A stretch of DNA of 21,143 nucleotides from Phycisphaeraceae bacterium (GTDB taxonomy: Bacteria; Planctomycetota; Phycisphaerae; Phycisphaerales; Zrk34). A program made the translations under genes and the position numbers. Under the pieces are notes generated by a model that saw only the letters and a program-made list of their open reading frames with translations, had not been told where the DNA came from and did not search any database. The first letter of the stretch is position 1. Every line of letters begins with the position of its first letter. The stretch covers positions 48,996 to 70,138 of the forward strand of contig JBBDRF010000089.1 in NCBI GenBank assembly GCA_040905565.1, read 5' to 3'. Positions 14,709 to 21,143 of the stretch are shown in pieces.

Positions 14709-16781
14709 TCAGTTGCTGCCGCTGAAATCCATCGCGGCGTCGAAGCCGCCTTCCACGTCGGTCAGGTCACCTCGGATGGTGAGGTTCGACCGGTCACCGA
14801 CGAGAATGTACTTGCGTGAATCGCCCAGTCCTTCGGCGAGCACTTCAAGGTAACGCCTCACTCGGAAGAGGCTCGGGGCATACTCATAGGCGCGCAGCTG
14901 GCCGGCGAATCGCTCAGCGTTGCCACGCTCGACGTTCTCTTTCTCCCAGCGATAGCCACGCGCCTGCGTGATGCGCACCGAGGCCTGCCCGCCGGCCTGC
15001 TGCATCAGCCGTTCGACGAGCAATTCCTGCTCGAGCAGTTCCTCCGCGGAGGCGCCCTCGCTGGCCATCGCTTCGTGCTTCTCGATCTCGCTGACGATCC
15101 GGTCGGCGATGCCCGGCGAGCCGGCCACGTTCGCAAGCGTCTCGATCGCTCCCTGCTCCGCACGCTGAATCGTCGTCTGCGTCCGCTGCTCAGCACCGAC
15201 CACTTCATGGAAAGCAGCGGCCACTTCCTGCGGCGGGTGCACGCTGGGAATCGAAACCTGACGAATCTTCACGCCCATGTCCGCCGCGTCGGCACGTTCC
15301 TGAAGCGTTTCGCGAATCAGGCGACCGGCCTCGACACGTGCGGTGCCGATCCATTCATCCACATCGTGACGCACCAGATGACGGGCGAATTCAAGCTCCG
15401 CGAGCTGACGCAGGCGATCATCAACCACCCGCGCCCCAGCCTGTGTGCTGGACATCAGGTAATCCAGCAAGCGATCCGGATCAATCGTGTAGTAAACGAC
15501 CATCTCCGCGTTCACCAGGAACACGTCGGGGGCACGCTCGGTAACCTTCAGCAGTTCCTGATCATCGCCCACAACGCTGCGGTCGGGCTCGGTGTAGCGA
15601 TCACGTGGCGGTGCAACGACGAACGGCGAAGCCTGATGCTCCGCGTGAACGTTCGTCCACAGAATCGGCACGTCCTCCCTCGGCTCGGAACCGATCTTCA
15701 GCGTCCGAATCGCCGTCGTGTCGTAGTAGTGCGCCCGGCTGATCGGCCAGGGCATCTTCAGATGGATGCCCGGCTCCAGCGGCTCGCCGCGCAGCGCCCC
15801 GAACCGCGTGACGACGCCTTTGTAATCCGGCTCAACGATCACGACGCTGCTGAGCACAACCAGCACCGCAGCAGCGAAAATGATCAGCGACACGAACACG
15901 CGCGACAGCAGTTGCCAGAACCAGCTTCGGGTGACTTCGAAACCGAACTGGTAGTTGATCGTCTCGTTGATGGTCTTGGCGATCGACTCGGGCGTCGTCA
16001 GCAGCCCGAGGATTCGGCTTTCGAACGCGGGCCGAGGCACTTCGCCCGGTCGGCGGGGCCGATAGAAGTTGAGAATCAGGTTGAGCGCCATCTCGATGCC
16101 GACGACGATCATCAGCACCGGCACGACGAGCACCATGTAACGCAGCGGCACGTAGAACTCGTAATGAGCCGCGGCGAACGCGATCGCGAGCAGGCCGAGC
16201 ACGAGCACGTTGCCCATGATGAACGTGGCACCGCCACGCAGCAGTTGCCACTGCGGCACCTTCGCCATGCCTGCGAGGTAACGGCTGACGAGGAAACCGA
16301 CCAACGCGATGCCTGCACAGACGAACAGCAGGACAAGCACCTGCACCGGCACGCCCTGATCCTCAGCCCCCAGCCGTGCGGACACCAGCCTCGCGAGGTA
16401 AAAACCGACCGCGATGAGATAGACGCTGGTGATGACGCTGGTTAGCGGCAGGCCCCACTTGTAAAGCGAATTCAGCCTGCGGCGGGCGACGGAGAGATCG
16501 TCGGCACTCACCTCGAAGATCGAGTTGTCCGTGCCGTGCTGCGCGGCGAGCTGCTCGGCTTCAAGCGCTTCGATGCGCTCCAGCCGATGCTGCTGATACA
16601 CCAGCCACAGGCATATCCAGACGCCCAGCCCGCCGAGTGCGTAAAGCATGGCTCCGTACAACGCCGGCTGCCTCGCCCAAAGCGAGACGACCAGCAGCAC
16701 GATCGTCATCACGATCTGCACGCCGAGGCCCAACAGGGCTGAGCTGGCGGCCCTCTGGTATGTTTGTTGATCTTCGTTCAT
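14709..16781 (-). CDS. HflK-like SPFH protein fused to an N-terminal polytopic membrane domain (690 aa)
   Basis: About 7 hydrophobic helices in the first ~315 aa, then VIVEPDYKGVVTRFG..PGIHLKMPWPI, MGVKIRQVSIPSVHPPQEVAAAFHEV, FRVRRYLEVL; GAGGGAG and AAGG upstream of the ATG. Confidence 0.85.
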   Translation of the reverse strand: MNEDQQTYQRAASSALLGLGVQIVMTIVLLVVSLWARQPALYGAMLYALGGLGVWICLWLVYQQHRLERIEALEAEQLAAQHGTDNSIFEVSADDLSVARRRLNSLYKWGLPLTSVITSVYLIAVGFYLARLVSARLGAEDQGVPVQVLVLLFVCAGIALVGFLVSRYLAGMAKVPQWQLLRGGATFIMGNVLVLGLLAIAFAAAHYEFYVPLRYMVLVVPVLMIVVGIEMALNLILNFYRPRRPGEVPRPAFESRILGLLTTPESIAKTINETINYQFGFEVTRSWFWQLLSRVFVSLIIFAAAVLVVLSSVVIVEPDYKGVVTRFGALRGEPLEPGIHLKMPWPISRAHYYDTTAIRTLKIGSEPREDVPILWTNVHAEHQASPFVVAPPRDRYTEPDRSVVGDDQELLKVTERAPDVFLVNAEMVVYYTIDPDRLLDYLMSSTQAGARVVDDRLRQLAELEFARHLVRHDVDEWIGTARVEAGRLIRETLQERADAADMGVKIRQVSIPSVHPPQEVAAAFHEVVGAEQRTQTTIQRAEQGAIETLANVAGSPGIADRIVSEIEKHEAMASEGASAEELLEQELLVERLMQQAGGQASVRITQARGYRWEKENVERGNAERFAGQLRAYEYAPSLFRVRRYLEVLAEGLGDSRKYILVGDRSNLTIRGDLTDVEGGFDAAMDFSGSN

Positions 16782-16807
16782 GTTGCCTTAGGCTCCCTCT
16801 TGCGTCA

Positions 16808-16858
16808 CCGATTTCAAATCGGCGCGATCCGCTGAGGCGGATTCGGCGTATAATCCGC
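16808..16858. promoter_or_regulatory. Divergent promoter region with palindromes and a perfect -10 hexamer
   Basis: 114-nt gap between divergent starts (16781 and 16896). CCGATTT-C-AAATCGG at 16808-16822; ATCCGC-TGAG-GCGGAT at 16827-16842; TATAAT on + at 16849-16854 with no recognisable -35. Confidence 0.5.
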
Positions 16859-16895
16859 ACGCTTGTTCAAATCTCATCGTTATGGAACCGCATAA

Positions 16896-17879
16896 ATGCT
16901 CGGACAAATCTTCACCATCGCACGCAACACGTTCACCGAATCCATTCGTCAGCCGATCTTTCTGGTCGTCCTGCTGGCGTGTTGCTTCCTGCTCGTGCTC
17001 AATCCGTTCTTCGCGACCTACACCCTCGACGACGATAACAAACTGTTGATCGACCTGGGCATGAGCACCATTCTGCTCGGCGGTTTGTTCCTCGCTGCCT
17101 TCACCGCCACGGGCGTGCTGGCGCGTGAGATCGAAAACAAGACCGTCCTCACTGTCATCTCCAAGCCGATCGGTCGTCCCGCGTTCGTGCTTGGCAAGTT
17201 CTTCGGCGTGGCGGGCGCACTCGGCGTGGCGTGCTACATCTGGTCGCTGATCTTCCTGCTTACTCTGCGCCACCGCGTGATGTTCACCGCAGCTCACGAA
17301 CTTGATCAGCCCGTGCTGACCTTCGGCATCGGCGCGGCCGTGATCGCCCTCATCGTCGCCGTCTGGGGCAACTACTTCTACGGCTGGGTCTTCTCTTCGC
17401 GATTCGCCGGCATCCTCGCAGGCACCCTCTCCGCGGCCTACCTGCTGGTCCTGCTGATCGACAAAGAATGGCAGTTCCAGGGCATCACGACTGAATTCAC
17501 CGCGGCGGGCGGTTCGCTCATGCAGGTGCTCATCGCACTGGCGCTGGTGCTGCAAAGCCTGATCATGATCTGCTCGATCGCCATCGCCTGCTCCACGCGA
17601 CTCGGACAGGTCATGACGCTGATGGTCTGCCTGGGCATCTTCCTGCTCGGTCTGAGCAGCGACTGGATGATCGGCCGGTTCACTGACGCTTACCCGCTGG
17701 TGTGGATTGCTTATGCCGCCGTGCCGAACCTCGGCTTCGGCTGGCTCGCTGACGCTCTCACGCAGGGTCATCCAATCACCGGCGGCTACTTCGGCATCGT
17801 CACCGGCTACTACGCGATCTACACCGCCGCCATCCTCTGCCTGGCCTCGGCCCTCTTCCAGACCCGCGAAGCCGGGTAA
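16896..17879 (+). CDS. ABC-2-type (NosY/GldF-like) ABC transporter permease (327 aa)
   Basis: Highly hydrophobic; IARNTFTESIRQP start and LAREIENKTVLTVISKPIGRPAFVLGKFFG motif; C-terminal LFQTRE typical of the family. Confidence 0.87.
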   Translation: MLGQIFTIARNTFTESIRQPIFLVVLLACCFLLVLNPFFATYTLDDDNKLLIDLGMSTILLGGLFLAAFTATGVLAREIENKTVLTVISKPIGRPAFVLGKFFGVAGALGVACYIWSLIFLLTLRHRVMFTAAHELDQPVLTFGIGAAVIALIVAVWGNYFYGWVFSSRFAGILAGTLSAAYLLVLLIDKEWQFQGITTEFTAAGGSLMQVLIALALVLQSLIMICSIAIACSTRLGQVMTLMVCLGIFLLGLSSDWMIGRFTDAYPLVWIAYAAVPNLGFGWLADALTQGHPITGGYFGIVTGYYAIYTAAILCLASALFQTREAG

Positions 17880-17909
17880 AGCCCAGGGCCGGGCCGCAAG
17901 GTTCAAGCC

Positions 17910-17966
17910 AAACGCCCGACCACGAGCCGCGACCGTAAGGGAGCGGTTGTGCGTCGGGCGTTTTTT
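17910..17966 (+). terminator. Rho-independent terminator-like long hairpin followed by T6
   Basis: AAACGCCCGAC (17910-17920) pairs with GTCGGGCGTTT (17953-17963), enclosing a GTAA-capped inner hairpin; TTTTTT at 17961-17966; 30 nt after the permease stop. Confidence 0.7.
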
Positions 17967-18071
17967 CATGTCCCCGTTGTTCCCGCGATGGCCGTCGTCG
18001 CCAGACATCGCGCTTGTCGAACCGTTCGCCGTGACCCCACGCACTACCGCTCCCTTACGGTCGCGGCTCGT
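17922..18071. repeat. REP-like inverted doublet (REPIN-like): two exact 26-nt inverted copies
   Basis: ACGAGCCGCGACCGTAAGGGAGCGGT (17922-17947) and its exact reverse complement ACCGCTCCCTTACGGTCGCGGCTCGT (18046-18071), 98-nt spacer, between convergent genes; each copy is itself an imperfect hairpin. Confidence 0.8.
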
Positions 18072-18252
18072 TGTGAGCGTGCGCGTCGCTGCGTTCAGCG
18101 GCAGGGGCGAGTAATTTGTGCGGTCGGGGTGGGGCATGTTTCTCTTGCGAACAAAGCGAACAATTTCGGGTGAACCACACCGCCAGTCGAGGTTGCGGCA
18201 CCGGTAGCCGCGTCTTTCGTTACCTCATCTGACGGACACGCATCGCGAGGCT

Positions 18253-20238
18253 TTACGAGACCGGCACCGGCGTAACGGTCGGCTCGGCTGCGGGACGCAC
18301 TTCGCGCTCCACCATGCCGCCGACGCTGTCGAGGTCTTCGCCCTCTCGCACCAGGCGAGCGGAGTTGAAGATCACCACGAACGAACTGACCAGGTGCAAC
18401 AGCACCGCCCAGATCGGCGGGAGCAGGCCCGACGCAGCCAACGTCTCGAAGAACACGATGTAGGTGAACGCGAACGCCAGGTTCTGATTGACGACCTTCG
18501 AGCTCTTTCGGCTCAGGTCGATCAGGAACGGGATCCGATTGAGATTGTTGTTCATCAGGGCGATCGACGCGGAGTGGATCGCCACGTCCGAACCGGCTGC
18601 ACCCATGGCGATGGAGATGTCGCCGGCTGCGAGGGCGGGCGCATCGTTCACGCCGTCACCCACCACAGCGACCGTATGGCCCTTGCTCTTGAGTTCGTCG
18701 ACGAGTTCGAGCTTCTGCGCGGGCAGCACCTCAGCCTGCACATCGGTGCAGTGCATCTCAGCGGCGACGCGCTTGGCCACCGACCAACGGTCGCCGGTCA
18801 CCATCACGAGCTTCTTGAGGTCGAGCGCGCGGAGTTGATCCATCGCACGGCGGGCGTCCGGGCGGGTCTTGTCTTCCAGCCCGACCCAGCCGAGCAGCTT
18901 TTCGCCACGCGTGACGAACAACAGGCTGATGCCGTCGGCTTTGCTGGTGTCGACGCCGACCATCTCGATGCCCTGCTCGCGGAGCCAGGATTCGCGACCG
19001 ACCATCATCTGCTGGCCGTTGATGGTCGCCCGCACGCCTCGGCCGGCCACTTCTTCGACGTCCGTCGCTTCGGGCAGATTCAGCTTCGCCCGCTTGGCCA
19101 CTTCCATCACGGCCCGCGCCACCGGATGCCTGGAATTCTGCTCCACGCTTGCCGCCGCTTCGAGCAGGTCCGCCCCATCCACGCCGTCGGCGGGCGTGAG
19201 GCGTGTCACCGATAGCTGACCGGTGGTCAGCGTGCCGGTTTTATCGAACACGATGGCGGTAAGATTGCGTGCCGTTTCCAGATCGCCCACGTTCTTCACC
19301 AGCACACCCAGCCGTGCCGCGGCGGAGAGGGCAGCGACCATGGCCGTCGGCGACGCGAGAATGAACGCACACGGACAGGCCACGACAAGCATGGCGATCG
19401 ACCGCTGCGGATCTTTGGTGAGGAAGAAAACGATCGCTGCGAGCATCACGATCACGGGCGTGTACCAGCGGACATAGCTGTCGATCAGCCGCATCACGGG
19501 CATCCGCGTCTGCTCCGCCTGAAGGATAAGGTCTTTCACCCGCCCGAGCGTCGTATCGTGGCCCGCCTTGGTAATGCGGACTTCCATCATGCCGGTCATG
19601 TTGATGGTGCCGCCGAAGACATCGTCGCCTTCGTTCTTGTCGACCGGGATGGATTCGCCGGTGATGTTCGCCTGGTTGACGGTGGATTGGCCCTTGAGGA
19701 TGGTGCCGTCGCCGGGGATGTTGTCGCCGGGGCGGACGCGGACGATATCGCCGGGCTTGAGGTCGCGGGCATCGACCTCATACTCCTCCTCGTCGTCGAC
19801 CTTCTGCGCACGCGTCGGCGTCAGGCGCACCAGCGATTCAATGTTCTTGCGAGCGCCGAGAGCCGTGCGGTGCTCGATCAGCGTCGAAATGATCATGAAG
19901 AAGGCGATTGCACCGGCCTCGAGGTAATGGCCGATCGCGAACGCAGCGACCACCGCCAGGGCGGCCAGCTCGTCCATGTGCGTGTGGCCTTCCCAGAGAT
20001 CCTTGAACGCGCGGATTACCAGCGGCGCGCCCAGCAGGATCGCCGCCCCCAGCGCCAGCAGATCGGCGTAGGTGTTCACCGTCGCCCCGGCCTGCTCCGG
20101 ATGAGGCGAACTCGGGAACAGCAGGTACGCCAATGCGGCGTTGAGCAGCAGTACGCCGCCCACGAACGTCAAAATGATCTGGAACCCAGCTTTGCCTTCC
20201 TGGGCTTCGACCATTTCCTTTACATGCTCATGCGCCAT
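18253..20238 (-). CDS. P1B-type (heavy-metal-translocating) P-type ATPase lacking an N-terminal HMA domain (661 aa)
   Basis: TGES, CPC (19369-19377), DKTGTLT, SRHP, TGD and GDGVNDAPAL motifs; GGAG before the ATG. Confidence 0.95.
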   Translation of the reverse strand: MAHEHVKEMVEAQEGKAGFQIILTFVGGVLLLNAALAYLLFPSSPHPEQAGATVNTYADLLALGAAILLGAPLVIRAFKDLWEGHTHMDELAALAVVAAFAIGHYLEAGAIAFFMIISTLIEHRTALGARKNIESLVRLTPTRAQKVDDEEEYEVDARDLKPGDIVRVRPGDNIPGDGTILKGQSTVNQANITGESIPVDKNEGDDVFGGTINMTGMMEVRITKAGHDTTLGRVKDLILQAEQTRMPVMRLIDSYVRWYTPVIVMLAAIVFFLTKDPQRSIAMLVVACPCAFILASPTAMVAALSAAARLGVLVKNVGDLETARNLTAIVFDKTGTLTTGQLSVTRLTPADGVDGADLLEAAASVEQNSRHPVARAVMEVAKRAKLNLPEATDVEEVAGRGVRATINGQQMMVGRESWLREQGIEMVGVDTSKADGISLLFVTRGEKLLGWVGLEDKTRPDARRAMDQLRALDLKKLVMVTGDRWSVAKRVAAEMHCTDVQAEVLPAQKLELVDELKSKGHTVAVVGDGVNDAPALAAGDISIAMGAAGSDVAIHSASIALMNNNLNRIPFLIDLSRKSSKVVNQNLAFAFTYIVFFETLAASGLLPPIWAVLLHLVSSFVVIFNSARLVREGEDLDSVGGMVEREVRPAAEPTVTPVPVS

Positions 20239-20429
20239 CGGTTTCTCCGCGGTCTAGCAATTCCAAACGCCCCCGCCTGATTACAACACACAACGACACA
20301 ACGCCCCGAAACCTACAGATGCTCTTTCCTCTACGCAGCCGCCCACGCGACGGTTCACGCTGCTGTCGCATTTTCGGCCTCTCCAAGCTCAGCGAACCAC
20401 ACAACTTGCTCGCGTACAAGAAATTCCAG

Positions 20430-21143
20430 TCAAAACTGCCGCAGGAACCTTACATCGTTTTCATACAGCCATCGAATATCTGCGATACCATACCGTCGCA
20501 TCGCCACCCGCTCTACCCCCAGCCCGAATGCAAAACCCGTCCACTCTTCCGGATCGTAACCGACGGCCTCGAACACGGCCGGATCGACCATCCCGCACCC
20601 GCCGATTTCCACCCACTCATACCGATCACGCAGCTTCATCTTGATATCAAGCTCCGCGCTCGGCTCAGTGAACGGGAAGTAGCTCGGCCGCAGGCGTACC
20701 TCGGCCTCCTCGCCGAACATCGCGTGGGCGAACTGGATCAGCGTCGTCTTCAAATCCACCATGTTCACGTTGCGATCAACGTAAAGCCCTTCGATCTGGT
20801 GGAACATCGACGAATGGGTCGCATCGTGCGTGTCTGGCCGATACACCCGCCCCAGCGAAACCACCCGAATCGGCGGCTGCGTGTTCTCCATCACACGGAT
20901 CTGCACCGTGCTCGTCTGCGTCCGCAGCAGATGCGCCCCACCACCATCACCCCCAAGCCCCGCGGATGAGCGCAGCGAATCCCGGGGGTATTCACCCCGA
21001 GAACCCCCCCCGCCGCTCGGCTCCTCCAGATAAAAATTGTCCAGCGGATCCCGCGCCGGGTGCTCCGGCGGGATGTTCAGCGCAATGAAGTTGTGCCGAT
21101 CGTCCTCGATCTCAGGCCCCTCCGCCACGTCGAAGCCCATCCG
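20430..21143 (-). CDS. pheS: Phenylalanine--tRNA ligase alpha subunit, 5'-truncated by the window edge
   Basis: [77 protein letters not shown]; frame is open to the window end. Confidence 0.97.
   Translation of the reverse strand, partial: RMGFDVAEGPEIEDDRHNFIALNIPPEHPARDPLDNFYLEEPSGGGGSRGEYPRDSLRSSAGLGGDGGGAHLLRTQTSTVQIRVMENTQPPIRVVSLGRVYRPDTHDATHSSMFHQIEGLYVDRNVNMVDLKTTLIQFAHAMFGEEAEVRLRPSYFPFTEPSAELDIKMKLRDRYEWVEIGGCGMVDPAVFEAVGYDPEEWTGFAFGLGVERVAMRRYGIADIRWLYENDVRFLRQF
20958..20987 (+). repeat. REP-like palindromic hairpin inside the pheS coding sequence
   Basis: CCCCG-C-GGAT-GA-GC-GCA-GC-GA-ATCC-CGGGG: 9-bp outer stem with one bulge, tandem GA mismatches, 2-bp stem, GCA loop; lies within a 32-codon loop between FYL and LLRTQTS. 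Confidence 0.6.

Noticed and set aside
17922..18071. Possible CRISPR repeats or IS terminal inverted repeats
   Set aside because: Only two copies, inverted rather than direct; no cas or transposase gene and no evident target-site duplication.
16788..18137. 449-aa minus-strand ORF that would make the whole region co-directional
   Set aside because: Antisense to a clear ABC-2 permease and runs through both REP copies (the NRSLTVAAR-type peptide is a repeat translation); no protein-like features.
18147..18163. Tandem GCGAACAA repeat as a LexA-type box
   Set aside because: Spacing does not fit the LexA motifs I know, and it lies between convergent gene ends where an operator is unlikely.
18253..20238. 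Calling the ATPase cadA/zntA, copA or ferrosome fezB
   Set aside because: Subclass-diagnostic TM residues (K/DG, YN/MxxSS, DYSC/HNxxT) are absent.
20228..20419. 63-aa ORF between pheS and the ATPase
   Set aside because: Short, no motif, no clear ribosome-binding site, overlaps the ATPase start; most likely intergenic sequence.
20931..21026. Intein or self-splicing intron in pheS
   Set aside because: Only 96 nt, in frame, with no Cys/Ser...His-Asn intein termini and far too short for a group I/II intron.

Overview
GC-rich, densely coding bacterial DNA. Gene content (ExbB/ExbD/ExbD with TPR and vWA partners, paired ABC-2 permeases, triple SPFH cluster) and strongly acidic proteins suggest a PVC-superphylum organism, probably a planctomycete; this is inference. 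Almost all genes are on the minus strand. Reading right to left: 3' part of pheS, which carries an in-frame hairpin insertion; a P1B heavy-metal P-type ATPase with non-canonical transmembrane metal ligands; a REP-like inverted doublet fused to a terminator; an ABC-2-type permease (the only plus-strand gene); a 6-gene unit (7-TM HflK-like, HflC-like, His-rich HflK-like, ABC ATPase, second ABC-2 permease, 726-aa membrane-anchored unknown); and a second 6-gene unit behind a perfect extended -10 promoter (membrane-anchored vWA protein with a TonB-type SxxxH helix, secreted TPR protein, ExbB/TolQ, two ExbD/TolR, 909-aa secreted TPR protein). Best candidate novel systems: (i) an HflK-HflC-HflK cage linked to a metal pump and an ABC complex, with no ftsH in the window; (ii) a Ton/Tol-type proton motor whose apparent transducer ends in a vWA/MIDAS domain; (iii) a REP-like DNA hairpin translated in frame inside PheS. 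No rRNA, tRNA, CRISPR array or transposase was seen. All family assignments are from motif recognition, with no database search.
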